DNA of 55,781 bases. Origin: Catajapyx aquilonaris. Taxonomy: Eukaryota. The stretch spans positions 124,001 to 179,781 of the forward strand of contig KZ537979.1 of the NCBI GenBank assembly GCA_000934665.2, given 5' to 3'. This document shows positions 39,950 to 54,125 of the stretch, piece by piece (position 1 is the first letter of the stretch; each line of letters begins with the position of its first letter). The translations under genes were made by a program, and so were the position numbers. The notes below the pieces were generated by a model. It had not been told where the DNA came from, made no database searches, and saw only the letters and a list, made by a program, of their open reading frames with translations.

Positions 39950-40300
39950 TTCAAGACCCTCGCCTTCTCGGTAATGTCTTTCCCCTACACAGATGAACCA
40001 TAACGGCAGGAAAATGCGAACTTTCAAGACATCTTCCTTCATACCAGCTATAACCAGAAATGCAATCTCTCGGTTTCTTGGGGTTGGATAAGGCCGAAAT
40101 TTATCTCGGTACCATGAAAGGAGCCTCCTTCCAACCTTGCTCGCAATCTTAATAAGGAAAAGATTCTTCGTCGCTCCGCATTTCCACGCTCCCACCGCAT
40201 CTGACGGTACCGGGCACCATTATTGTCCACAAGGAAACAGACCAGAACCGCTTGATTCAATAGTGCAGACTGAAGGATCGGCATAATTGACGGTCTTCCC
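39950..40300 (-). pseudogene. Degraded R1-like non-LTR retrotransposon fragment (post-RT region)
   Basis: DAVGAW...KVGRRLL...PYPT...EIAFLVIAG resembles the R1-clade consensus YAxxAW...QRxxLL...AYRTVSxEAxxVIAG. Confidence 0.45.
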
Positions 40301-42759
40301 AGAGGACAGCATCAAGAAGCGGGGTACTAATTACACCGATAATTACGCAGCGGTAGCGTGAAAGGATGGCAACCCTAGCCAGTCTGAGGAAACGGATATG
40401 CGACCAAGACTCTCCCAGTCCCTTGGTCATTAGCGCTGTGAGGAGGCGCAATCTGGCTCATCTCATGTGCAGAGCAAATGCAGACCCACCCACGCGACCC
40501 ACCAAGTGCTCACACCCTAAGACCGGTTCTTGCTATCCCTGCCATCTCACATGCTTTATAGCATTCCCAGACCTGCACATGTGAACCTTATGTGGCTTGT
40601 AATTATTCGCGGGGCTGCCATACCAGCCAGGATGTCACTAGGACGGGTTTTGGCCAAAGCACAATTGAAGAGTGGCTTATCATTATAATTATGGTGAATT
40701 TCCTCTGGATGGCATGGCACAATGTATTTTCTCACAGGACCGGCCGTTTGGCGGAAAAATGGCAGAAAGCGTGCTCGTCGTAAGGTGCGCATCGCCTACC
40801 ATGCATAGCTTCGGGGTCCAATTTGACCACATTTTTAGTAACTACAGAGTTTCTCAATCCAGTAGAGTAACAACAATGTGCTGAAGAGTGTATCATATGC
40901 TGGGTAAACTTGATATATATGCCTACTGAACATTTGAGCTGAGACGAGGTGTAGCATTGAAAAAGTTCTCTAGCCGTCTCGTCCCTGACGCGCAGAAATG
41001 ACTTATCTTCAGCCCATTTCAGCGGTAGTTTAGCCCAGTACGTAACCGAGTTTTCCCTCTGCCCGGCTTATCGAATCCATCTGGATAAGGTTCACTTTCC
41101 CAAGCACCAATTAATTCTCTCAAGAGAGTCGCCGTCTCCCACGCCTTAGCCATGGGACACACATTAGGGCCTACTTTACCACCCCATCCCATGCTTTTGA
41201 TTCATATCCGATGAGAGCAACCAGGTCAGGACGTGACCTCAGGGTGCAGCTAGGCTCCTGTCAGTGGGCAGCCAACAAGGAACCGGAGAAGTGCCCCCGT
41301 AAAATCTTCTTTCCACCTTTGCTGCTGCAGGGTTCGCCTTGCTCATTAGTCGCCTCGCAGGAAGCAAGGCATCGCCGTCTTCCAAACTCGGCTAATTAGG
41401 CGGACCAATTATTGGTGGCAACTCCTTTCCAGCTCGACCAGACACTGGGCTTTTCACTGTTTTCGGGCTTCTGAGGGAGAGAGATAGATCCAGGTTCCCC
41501 TTTCCACCCATTCATTCACTCCATCAAAAGGAGGAGCTCCTATTCACTCAGCCCTCTCGGTCTCACCGCACCGAGGAAATTCGCATTGTAAACACACAAC
41601 ACTCCCCACCCCCTTCTCTCCTTCAAGGCAAACCATCGGTTTGTTTGGCCCAAACGATCGAGTCTCCTATTTAGGCTCGACATGACGACCAAGCGCCACA
41701 TTCAAGCTCCCGGTGAGTAAATACGTCCTGTAAGGTGTACCTTCAGTTGATGGGATCAGGGGGATCCTGTATTGATCCCCAGGAATTATTAGTTGGGAGG
41801 GGGACTGTTGCCTGCGAAGAATAACTCGGCCAACGTGACTACCAGAAGTAGCAAATGCTGTAAACATTCCCCACCAGCCACATAAGTTATGACTTTCGCA
41901 CCCTGCTGAGAAGATGAGCCCAGCAAGCACGCATGCTTATGGGGGTTATCGTCAGGCCCAGAGCGCTAATGACGTCTCGGAATGTCCCTCCGGACATTCA
42001 TTCTCGCAGTCAGTTTTATCAAGTTTCCTTATTAGTCGTGATATATGGCCGATCTGCGAGTGAAACCTTGTAAATGAAGTGATTGCTAACTGTGTGATTT
42101 AGCACAATTTATACCGCCTGCAATTGTTCCTGACACGTGATTTGTAAAATTTCGTTATTAGGCCATGGGAAAAAGTTCGTCATGAATTTTTCATTGGGGG
42201 GTAATGATAGCAAAACAATTGGACCAAGTGCTTCCGCTCGAAAAAATTCCACCAGATGGGATATATAGATCAACATGGATTCCCTGCGTCTTTACGCGGC
42301 TAATGTGGCCCCAATGACCGTTGTCCTCTCCGCAGACAGAAACCTGACCTTAAAATTGGTGTGAAACTACTCTAGTACCCCACGAAATCGCTAATGTGTA
42401 CCATGAATCAGTTTATGGCACAAATTAAACCACGACAGCGGGGGCACTCTCAAAACCAAGCAGCCATTATTGTTCGCCCACTTTTATATAGTATATATTT
42501 TTTTCATGCGACTACCAGCCATTTGGAACAGTCGTACCGAAGCTGCACATAAAGCTCTAAGTCTATTACGCTCTTTGTGACACATTAGATCTTCAGAGAT
42601 AGACTACTACCATTACTCACTGTTTTCTCCAGGAATGAGCATCGTCCGTCATATTTCGTATATATACGCGTTTTCCTAGCGCTGTAAAGTTTAGTAGACA
42701 CATTCGTGGTAATATCACTTATCTTCCAGGCAATATACTTATGGCCATGACAGTGACAC

Positions 42760-43262
42760 TTGGGTTTTGTTCTCTATAAGTGATTTGCATATATAGCGTC
42801 CTGCACTTGTTCAAGGTTCCGGATGTCTGTCGTTTGATCAGTATCGTTCGTCCAATATAAAACCTTTGTCTTTTCATTGTTTGTAGGAAACTGATATGTT
42901 CGCGGTATTTTTTAAAGAATGGTCTGCAACGAGATGTACAAGATATGACCGTCATACTCGGGTGCTGTGCAGGAAAGCAAACAATACGTGTCGTGTTTTC
43001 CGGCCCAGTAGGTCCCATTCAGCTTATAAGTTCGGTACAAGTAGAGCCAGATGGAGAGCAGATTTGAACCGAAAATGATTTGGCCAGCAGAGCAGCTCTT
43101 ATGCGGGCTTGGGAAGCTACGAGAGAAATACATTTTCAGTACACTGACTTCCTCTCCACCCTTCCCCCTACCCTCCATCTATCGTATTGTTATACAACAC
43201 TATGCACTTTTCATCTGGTTTCGATCCACACTGGTGTTCATCAGATACATGAAAGTTGCATA
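42760..43262 (-). pseudogene. Possible Penelope-like element remnant (GIY-YIG relics plus a hammerhead-like motif)
   Basis: The minus-strand ORF contains RPFFKKYREHI and FYIGRT, resembling GIY-YIG motifs. A CTGATGA...GAAAC core lies at 43244-43218. Confidence 0.3.
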
Positions 43263-43689
43263 GCAATTATATTCTTCCACACATCGAGGTCGCTATGCGC
43301 CACATTGTCACATCACAGGCGATCACTCGGAATCCGGAAAGGTCTGCTTTTCAAAGCCTAATACTCTGGCGCCACTCTTTTGTTTCCATCGTCACAAACG
43401 GTCACAATTAATGCGCACTGCTTTTCTCCCTACCGCTTTCTATTCCTGCCCGGCAAAAATCAAATTGAATGAAAAGGGACCATTCACACGGGAAAGCCCG
43501 TGGATGTGACTACTGGTCCACTCAGCGTCACTGTTAACACTCGCCTACCCCGCAACATAACAGTCACTTCGGTATACCGTCAACTAAATACAAGGTGGTA
43601 CGCTTCCTAACAATGGGTCGGGTAAAAAGTAATGGATGGATCACGTTTTACCCAAAATACATTGAGAATCCTCAGCCAGGACCAGTTTC

Positions 43690-43870
43690 CGCTATAGACA
43701 GGTTTCGCTGTATTATGCACGACTTGTCAACACGGTACTCGAATGAAGAGCCCCACGCGCAATCTGTCGAGGAAAAGAATGTCAATACCGAAATGGCGAC
43801 AATTTAAGCCCGAAGAAGCGAGGCAAAGTGCTGACTACTGGCGGCGTGTCAGTGACGGAAGCGGCGTAGG
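43690..43870 (+). pseudogene. Possible RTE-like LINE 3' end remnant
   Basis: EEARQSADYWRRVS resembles the RTE terminal AxDRxxWRxxV motif. Weak. Confidence 0.2.
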
Positions 43871-46800
43871 CAACGTGGAGGAGTTTGGAATTGGATTGAG
43901 ATGTGGCTGTGATGAGAGTAGTCCGTGATGAGATGACAATGTTCCTGGAAAGTGCCCTCTTTCTCTCCCCCCATCCCCTCTCCAAACCGGTATACGTCCT
44001 CCAGCCTGCCATTCGCCTCACAGGAAATCTCGTTAATTGACGTAGCGCCCTCCCATTAAATATTCACGCTTGTTTTCTTCTAACGCTTCAGCGCAGTATG
44101 AGCCACGCTGCAAGCGCCCAAAGATGGCGCCCAGATTTTTTTTTTTCTTTTCCAAGCACACTGCTGCCATCTGAAAGCCAGGGTAAATGAATTTTCATCC
44201 AAGAATCAACTAGCATAAATCCACCTTAGGAGGACGTCGATAATTTGGGCACGTGAAGACTCAGGGAGGATGACATCTTGGGTGGGCGCGGCCACAATGC
44301 CACTTTCCAGTCCTTACACACGCGGTAATAGATTCGGATCGATACTAAAGGAGCCGCCATCCTTTGTGTGATAGATGGAAGCCACATTACCTACCCTCCC
44401 AGTAGCCCTCCCCCAAATTCTATATAATCCGCGCTATACCGCGTCCACCCCAGACTAGCAATAGGCCCCCCTCCCCTACCATTACCATTGCCACAAACAA
44501 GTAAAGCTGGCTGTTCAGAACTACAAATGGGACGTTCTTTAAAGAGACGTACGTAATTTCCGTCACAGTGGCCAGTGATCAAGTCGGATTAGTGTGAGAA
44601 CTGGTGGAGCGTAGATATAGACAGTAGGTCGCGCCAAAAAACTACTTTTTGTGTGTGTTTTTTTAGAGAGGATGTTCTGGGCCGGCACGTTGCAAGTAGA
44701 GAATAGAGACGGCAACTTTGGTCAAATGAGTATAATTTGAACCCGGCGCATGCAGTCGACCTCCCCATCCGCCATGTCACCTTGCGCTCATTTTCACTTC
44801 AAACGCCAATTCCGCTACAGAATCGCCCGATTTTCACTCCATCAGTCCTCACTTGTCGCAGCCGGTTATTAATCGGCTAACTGACGCTTTTCGTCAGTGT
44901 TGTGAGATGACTTGGACGTTAATCAACGCCGAGCCTAACTGGCGATCGCTGGTGTGCCTATACCGTGTCGGACATGAATATTCGCTTTGCATTCTATTGT
45001 CAAGCACGGTGTCACTTCCTAGCACCCCTTAATCCATGTTTTACAAAAGAGCGCAAACATGTGCATTACACGTCGTTTCCACTCGGTAATGGAGATCGGA
45101 AATGGATATCCTGCTCCAAGGAAAAGCCAAGTCAATTGCTACTTCACACCCTGTTTGTTTAGGGCCCTGAAAGCACACATGTGACTCTTCAAGTAAATAC
45201 ATGCACATACCTTTGCCAGCAGCCAGTGAAGACTCTTGCATTGATCTTCTGGTAGTGGTAGTAGTGTCAAACCTGCAAAGAGAGATCAGCATTGGTTACA
45301 CCCAACTTGTGTTTCCAGCTGAACGTGGTCTTTTTCCTGAGGGGTGAAAACAGCTGATGCAGCAAAGAAGAATATTGAAATCCATCTGGTCAAGAGGGTA
45401 TAAAGGAGAAGAAGGACTGCGGCGGCTCCCCAATCAAAGATGTTCAGTCTTAGCTGAATCAACTCTCCAGAATCGATCCGGTTTTTGCGATCCATCACTA
45501 TTACAGTTCCGATGGGAATAAACTACTAGTTGCTGGCCAGTGGTCGCCAGGACCTTTTTTGGGGCCATCGGCAGTATAATACTGACTGGCACTCATTCAT
45601 GGCGCAAATTGAGGTCATTTGACTGGAATCCGCCGATATGATTCTTGCAGGTTGCGGCATATTAACATAACGTATTTTCAAATGTAAATTCGGCTCCCAT
45701 CGAATTTCATACATACGTGGCCTGCAAAGCGCGCTTGCATGTCCCGTCACCCAACAATACAAGAATTTGAGAGAACATGGTGGGTCCAGAGAAAGGCGGA
45801 AAAAAAATAAACACAATTTCGACCCAAGCCCAGCACACACAGATCTCCCGCTAACTATTGCTCCCATTCCCAAGTCGTTTACAATGTCGTAAAACTGCGG
45901 TCCATTTAGTCCTCCAGAAGTCGCTCGCCATTGGCACAACACGCAGTTGGGCCCTGGGTATAAACCAACACATACCCCCCTTACCGTATTTTTAGCCCTC
46001 CCCAGCCCAGAAAATATGACATTTAATGTTGAGATATTTATCGAATATTACCCGTGTAGGCCTAGTCCTATAAATTATTAGTTCGCATTACCCATCCGTT
46101 CCAGCGCAACCACTCCCAGCTGGCACGAAATTTCCTGCAGATTAATCAGTCGATTAATAGATTAAAAATGGCCGACGGACCCCCCCATCATTTAAAGCGC
46201 TGGTTGGCTGCAGCAATACTACTCCCAGGTATTAATAAGCCTAATTAATTTTTCCGGAGGCGCATAAAGATTGGAACTGAGTTTTTCCCCTGGAAAACGG
46301 AGGGCTGGAAACGGAGTGCTGCTTCCGCGTCCTCTCTTCCGAGACAAGGAGTTTGGGGGAAGGAGGAAGCTGGGAAGATGGGGAAGGGGGGGTAGAAACG
46401 AAAAGGCTAGAAGAAGAAAAGTTCCCAACAGGCTCCTTCCTCTCCTTTGGGGGGCCATTATTTCGGAGCAGTTCATTTACACGTTGAATTCAGCCTTTTA
46501 ATGCAGAGAGGAATCGACGTACTGTATCTGCAGCTGGCAGAGCTCAAGCCCAGATGCATCTACAGGGGCTTCCCCCACCGAATCATGAGATTTCAATGTG
46601 CTGGAAGGCCCCATATTTCAACTTGCTATTATTGATTCCCGCGAGACGTACCGGGGGCCTCGGAATAAGAGGATCGAAAAACGTCCAGGTAATCTAAGAG
46701 CCAGTCATGGGCCATTTGGCAGCCACGCCACCAAGGTATACACTATACTCGCTACTTGTGTTTAAACCGGTTGGATTAATGACACATAAAGGGTGGATCC

Positions 46801-49800
46801 CGCTCAAATCAGAACATCCAGACTTTATAAATATCCATCCGCCTAGGCCTAAGGGAAGGTGTACTCGGGCCAAATAGTTCCACATTATTATTATTTCAGC
46901 GTATAACAATACTGGTACAGTATGTCAATATTTCTTTTGAAGCAAGTTTGTGAACACCCTGTACTTTCAATTAGGTAAAGAAGCGCCCATTAGCAGGCAG
47001 AGACTAACGTTGCTACACGGGTTACACGCACATTTGCTGGTGTGTACAAAAGGAACATGATTACTCTCACGTCACCAACAGCATTGTAAGCGATTAGGAG
47101 GAACACTTCGCCTCTTGTTTCAATACGAGTACTGTCAATATTTGTCGGCGGAAGGGATGGGGAATAGTTATTCATATCAAGGACATAATGCCGCAACGTT
47201 TGAATATTTCCTGCAGCATAATCACAACGGGATGCCACGCTAATTATTCTGGATTCAAAGGAAACGTAATCTGTCTGTTGGCACGCTGACACCTGGATCA
47301 AAAATTGATCCCGACATTATGCTTCACATGCACTTTTTGGCCAAGATCGTCCATGGAAGTGTTTACATTCAATTAAAACCCGCTCAGCATGACACTGCGC
47401 ACATCACGGCTAACTAAAAAACGGGGCCAAGACGCAAAAATGCTGGACTTGGCTCTAAGAATAAAAATTTCCTTTCATAGTGGCGGAGTAGGCAAAAGCT
47501 TCAAATCTGCAGGCGCTTGGAACTTCGCCATGAATAAATGAATGGAAAGTGGCAGCGAACGGTTACCGATGTCAATGTCGCCAAGCGCATTAGGAGTGAA
47601 AAAGACCTACTTAGCCCCTAATATATGGCCGCAAATTTACTTGTGGAAGGGTACGGCGGAGTGATTTCGTAGCCATTCGTCCCAATGAATAACCAATGTG
47701 CTCAAAAATTATATCGACAGTAGTCAAAGGTTACGGTCTAACAACAGGGGCTGGATGTCTTGGCTCCTTTTTTTTTGGAACATTTTAAAGAAAAAAAAGG
47801 GGGTTGAAGGAGCTGGGAGATAGCCTTTAAATGGACCCAGTTCCTCAAAGCGAGATAACCTTGTCGGACGGGTTTGTACGAATGAGAGATGTGTGTGAAA
47901 GATCAGACCGACAAAGCCGTACCTTATTGAATACGGAATAAATGCCGTGTGAGATATATTTTCACAATTGAGTCCGCAATTTATTACAAGTATGTGTATC
48001 CACAGTGTCACAAAAGTTATACTCCAACCCCCCTCTTTGTCATGCGGTACGTCACACTGGCACGAGCAACCTCCACGAAATGTTTCATTCGTAAAACTAA
48101 CGTAGCATGCCGTAACACGATTGCATATTGGAAAAGTTCAAAATTAGCTCCGGAATCATGACAGTAAACTATGGCGGCTTGCAGCTTAATGTGTTGGGGG
48201 CTGAAAAATCGATGCAGAATATCGATATATTGGTTTCACAATTTAATCAAAAATCGATATTTATACTCGGACATTTTCATATATTTTTGGGCACTTAGCA
48301 TGCGCTTGTAATTAAAAAATAATCACTTTTTGACAGTTGTTCGAAGGTTTAACCCCCAACACTCATAATAATGAGCCCCATATCACAAATATTACAACAA
48401 ACCGCATTAAGTAAATATGTGTCCAGGTACATATTATGTATTCCTGCTTCGGTCGAGGCCTGGTCAGCTCTATTACAATAAACCAAAACCCAATGCCCAT
48501 CTTCCGTCCTGCACACGGTGCAAGTGATATTGATATCCAATGTCCCAGCAGTATAGTGGCCGGTATTAAATGGCGCATCGTTCCAACGTCACTATTATGC
48601 AAAGTTATCACACCCTAATATAATACCAGTCGCACATAAATGTCTCCTAACCGGGCGTCATTTTCGCAACCGTTTACTTACCCTTTGTCACGAATAACTG
48701 ATTATTATGACTGTCTATCGAAATCCGATATTCTGAACGACATCAGTTTCCGATGAAATAACTATCGCCTTGCTATCAGTACTTAAAAGTGACATTTTGT
48801 AAGCACTTTGTCCGATCACAATGTTAGGCCTGAAGTACCTACTGTGGCTTATAGGGCGTGTCACCATAGTGACCAAAAGCTCCATCTGGTAATGACATGT
48901 CAATTGACAAAGGACAAAACGTCAGAAGCATTCCTCTCAAGCAAGTTTGGTAAGTGGTTGCATATATCACTAGTTCTGGATATACCATCGACCCTTGATT
49001 CATTAAAAATCATAGTCCTATATCTACTGCACTTTTTGGATGCACTTGAGAGATACCTTTTTTCCCCCTCCCATCGTCTAGGGGGCTTTTCAATATTCCA
49101 GCCGCATCCATTCACTCACTCCATCTTCTCCCAACTTGATATTCCGCTTCTGACTCTGCATACATCGTTCTTTTCCGGAACAGGGGGGGGGGGGGAACCC
49201 TGCAACATTTTCATGCTACCGTAATTAATTCGGGTTCTACCTGAGGGCCGCCCCCAAACTTCAGAGTCACACGACACTATTTCAGTGCTGGAAAATCAAT
49301 AGGCATTCAGTTGGGCGCGACACAACTGCACTACACCAATATATTTTGTAGGCCGCTGACATTCCATGCGCAATATTCATGCGGCAAATAATCTTGTAAT
49401 CAACCCCCGCGTATGTGTTACTGCAGCTATCACGAAAATGTCAATCTATTTGGATTGCTTAGTCCCATGAACCATCAGGGGGCGGGCTTGCAAAATCCAT
49501 TGATTTATGTAACCTTTGATAACCTTTTTGCCACCCATCTAGAGGTTGGGGGGGCTTGTAAAGTGCAGAGCAGGCATTGTGAAAACTAGTAGTGCTGCGG
49601 TTTATCTGAGACTGCTAGCTGAAGCAGACCTGCCCCGTCGAGTGTTTCCTCTGGGACATAGTCAGAGTGGAAAAGAAAGTCGTCCGGCCCATTCCATGCA
49701 TGCTAACACAACCCATCCTTCCAATATCAAGTGGATTCTCCATTCCAATCAAAACACTGCAACTCGGTGTTTCTTAGTATTGTGGACATTCTGACACCCA

Positions 49801-52139
49801 CTGTCTATTGTACATGCAATGAAGCTGCATCATTTATGCAACCGTACCCATACGGGCTGTTATCGTTATTTTCAGGTAGTAGCAACCGGGCGGGTATGCA
49901 TGCATGCATGCAGGCCAGCAAAGAAATGTTCCCATCCGGAGTCCACTACTGGTCTGGAGGCATGAAACGCCAAGGTCTTTTGGAAGCAGCAGACTGCAAT
50001 CGATCCCGAGGCCAATTCCCTCGAGACACATGCGCTGCTGATCTTCTATTACGTACAACGCTACATTCAATTGCATCCCAGGAAATGGCAAAATGCGATA
50101 ATGGCACCGTCGGAATCGTTTTCCACTTACGGCATCGATCGGACAAGATATTGGCTGCAAGGATTTTATCAAGTATTTCAAAATTAAAGGCTGGTCCTCT
50201 TCTAGGCCGGCAGGCAGGCAGCCAGGCAGGCAGCCGGGGCTAGTGGATAGGAAATGACTTGTAGCTTGCACACTATATAGTCGCATACAACGACTATACA
50301 GAGCGGCTTTTAATTTGACATCTGAGAGACTATTGAAACTGCACGGGGTTCACTGGAATGTCAAATTAAGCGCGAACTTGGGCACATTCCGTGTTGGCAA
50401 TAATCTCAGGCAGGCTCTCTTTCCTTCCAATAGGCTGCTGACTGACTGCATGTCTGCTGCTGGTGCAGAAGAGCAGCCTCAAGTGCACCTTTTGGCAACC
50501 TCCAGCAACGTGACTCAGAAACATAAGTCCAGGTTGACGCTTCAGTCTTGGGCGTCACTCGATTTGCCAACGGGGGCCCAGGAGGAACTGCCAGCCTTAA
50601 CGCCATTGCACTTTCCCATTCAATCAGGATTTGACTTGCCTTCCAGCCATGGAACCATGTTACCATCAGCAGCACTAGTATTAGATCGCATCAAAAAGGC
50701 CGCTTCCTCGTGTCAACAACGGTTTAGTTGGCCTCCCTTCACGTAATCCGCTTCCTAGGCGTTCACACAGGTGGCGTTGTGGTTGGAATCCGCCATTGAT
50801 GGCCACAATGCATCTGACAACGAATCAATTCAATTCCAAAATTGAATTGTGCCCATCACCCGAATCCAGCTGGTGAATCCAGTGTAACACACCACAACTA
50901 TAGTGCAGCCAGGTCTTTCCCGGTTCAAATTAAGGATACCTCGTACGGGTGCTGGAAAATCGGGCGGTCAATTAGGAAACTCTGGGAAAATAATGCCTCC
51001 CTGCCTCGGAACTCGCGCCTTTATTTAACTCTTTATTCAAGCCAGCTTCCGCGGGTGACTTACGAGTTACAGGAACAAAGCCACTATATAGGAACGCTAA
51101 ACGCGGTCATTACGACAAGATGGCCCATTAGGTGACTTACACGGCCTGTTGTGAAGTTTTGAAGGCTGCTGAACAAATAAGCGGTGCAAGTGATCAACCC
51201 TGGCGACACTGACTTCCAAGCAATCCCTAGATAGACTGCATATATTTCTCAGCATCACTCCAGTAGCAGGCTTGGGAGTCAACCGGCAGAACAAAATAAT
51301 GCCATGTCTTATGGGTCCAACGGGTGATATATCTTCCAAGCTGCCATCACCTGCTCCCACCCCTCCCCTCGCCACCTAAACATTTCCATATAAATCTAAA
51401 GGATTGGAGTCAGCCCCGAAATGGACGTCCACTTTTGGGCCTTCCCCTTCTTCCCCCATCTCTACCTATCTCCAAAATGCGTCTCAGGCATCCTTCACTT
51501 TTCTCCTCAGCCTTCCCGACCACGTCTAAGAATTATTTCTGCCTGTGTCTTTCTGGAAATAGGGGCAAAAGCCGAGAAGAAGTGACGACTGGGGATCTCC
51601 TTTGGAAGTTTCCACGTTATTCCGGGTGACAAGTCCGTCGGTGGTGGTTCCAGAAGCAGAAGGCTGCTGGAGGGAGGAGGGATTGTAGGAAAAGGAAACG
51701 ACATTTCCTCAGAGGGGGCAAAAGAGAAAAAGGAAGGGCGCCGAGTATCAAATACATATATACACTTTATATAGTCTACCTGAGGCACAAAGGGAAATCG
51801 ATAGTTCTCTTACTCGGGGATTCACTGGGATCAGTCTTTTTTGTGCTACACTTTCGTAATCATGAATATTATTTCTACGCCATAGGCTGATGTCAGCAAA
51901 AAAAAAAAAAAAAGTTGGCGGAGAGCAATCCAGTAATTTCATATCAGTTGGACCAAACATGGCGGCCTTCCGGGCTGTACTTTTCATTTTGGCAGGCGAC
52001 TGTGCAAAGATCCAACACAGATATTATTCATGTGTTTCATCCACTTTAGTGCTAGTGCATTCCTTTAATATGACTCTCACGTTTGAAGTTTGAAGTTGGA
52101 AATCATGTTTCTACTGAACACCACTTTTTTTTCTTCTTT

Positions 52140-52300
52140 TTGTGGAGACGAATGACGAAAGGACTACCGATTTTGTAATTGTCTTTCTGGCCACGTGCAG
52201 CATCTTAAGAACCTTCTGAAGTTGAAGAGGCTGTTGTGAGAAGTTGTCCGGGGCCGACGATACGGATTCTGGAAAGATCCCTCTAACTGCCAACTTGTAA
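52140..52300 (+). pseudogene. Possible RTE-like LINE C-terminal remnant
   Basis: LSGHVQH...KRLL*EVVRGRRYGFWKD resembles WxGHVxRM...KxIL...GxRxRGRP..W.D. Confidence 0.3.
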
Positions 52301-54125
52301 TCGATCTTTGCTGTGAAATGGTTCGTGCTAGCAAAGCTAACCTCCTGAGCCCAAGACGCTGATAGGCTGAAACAAGAAGACGCTACATAGAAACCCATCT
52401 GGATTCAGCCCACACTTGAATCTATTTTTGCATAGATACATTTTAGCCGACTCTATGGATTCCAAAATAAGCTTGTGCGGGCACGAATATTCCCTTTCTA
52501 GTTTTCAGATGCGAGAACTTCCATATCGCGTGTGTGACTCCAATATCTTTACGTTTCCATCAATGACACGTGCATGCATACCGGTCTTTTTCCCCTCCTA
52601 AATTCCCCTTTGTAATAACCAGATAGGCTGATTATTGATCTGCATGGCCCTCATAGTTTTTTTTAAAGCCTTCCACTTGCACGTCTTACTTTACGGCGAG
52701 GACAATGCGCATTTTGAGCTTGAATGGTCAGTCATGAAGTCATATCCCCGAAGATTTGGTACAAATATTTTCAAGCCCGGTGTATGCAATTTTAGACTTT
52801 TTAACTACCGTATACAAAAACAGAGTGGGTAATGACATTGCTAATGAAGTGTCGCACCAGGTGGTATTTTTTAAGAGGGATTATCCTGGAATGTAGAGCT
52901 ACAAATAAATAAAATATCGACTGGGCTTGACCCCCAAAAAGAACCGGATTCATCAATGGTGCAGAGCAGGGGAAATCTCGGTGGGAATACAGAAGCTGAT
53001 CGTTCAATTGTTATAGGCCAATACCCGTTTCTCCCGAGTGGTTAAAACCAGCTCTAGATACCTATCACCCAATAAAAATTAATCATCATAAAATATGCTT
53101 CATATCCAGTACTATGATACACATAACGTATCGTATATTATCGGACAAAGTCCCATACATTTGCACATAGAACCGCAATCGATATAAACGTCCAAAGTTG
53201 AGGACATGCAAAGCGCACCGTCACTGGTCGGATAATGAGGTGTCATGGGGGTCCGTGACTTTTATGAATCTCCATAACGCGCATAAAGATTTACCCACCC
53301 TCTGGTCGTGGATCGCCATGGATGTGAAAACATACGTGACAGGCAAGTACACACACCGAAAGGTGCGAGCGGGACGTCACATGTGGCCAGCCTGGAATTT
53401 GCCATGCAAACCTTGACAGAAGGAAACACTGGGCGTAAAACGTAGCGTTTTAAGCAAATGAGGTGTTTTCCTACTAGAGTGAACACGCTACAAAAACTAC
53501 TAAAAAAGTGCGTCAAGGTCCATCGAAACAATGTGACTTTGATCAAGATACGCAATTATAGATCTTGTCAAATTTTTTGGGGGTTATTTTCAAGGAAAAA
53601 TGCGTGTTGCTCGTTTAGCTAGAAAACTAGTGCAGACCACTTTTGAAACCCTTTCATTAACCTCTTTTATGACTCATTGCTATGAGTTCACTATATTTTT
53701 TTGACCATTTCTGATCGAATGGCTGGAAAAAAAAACTACGTGACCTCTGCTTCTCAGTTGGCTGACTGTGGAAAACGATGCGTTTTGAGGGCTGCATAGG
53801 GCGGGGTGGTTTGACCGCTTCCAGCACAGAAGCGGTTGGTCCTCTTCAAGAATCTGCCCGCACCTTTGCAGATAACTAGTTTCCTCCTCCCCTCCCCCTC
53901 TTCAACCCCTCCCCCAAACTCCTTCACCCCTGTCGGGAATGCCGTGAGAATTAATGTGTATCGCGTAAAGTCCCCTTCATTTCAGATTCAGCAACAAAAC
54001 CCGAAAAAAACCATGCAAAAATATATCAAAATCCGTTTGTTGAAAATAGCTATTTTCGTTAACAGTTATTTTCACAAAATAGCTGTTTTGCTACAATAGC
54101 TTTTATTTTAACGAAAATAACCGAA

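Noticed and set aside
46990..47301. LIAYNAVGD resembling an Ig/Fn3 strand (Dscam-like exon)
   Set aside because: It lacks the conserved Cys/Trp/Tyr pattern and has no paralogous exon array. It could equally be a LINE endonuclease relic.
49731..50746. Cluster of overlapping 140-170 aa ORFs
   Set aside because: No recognisable protein features, and it includes simple repeats. At most a faint RT-like relic (AVPPGPPLA on the - strand), too weak to call.
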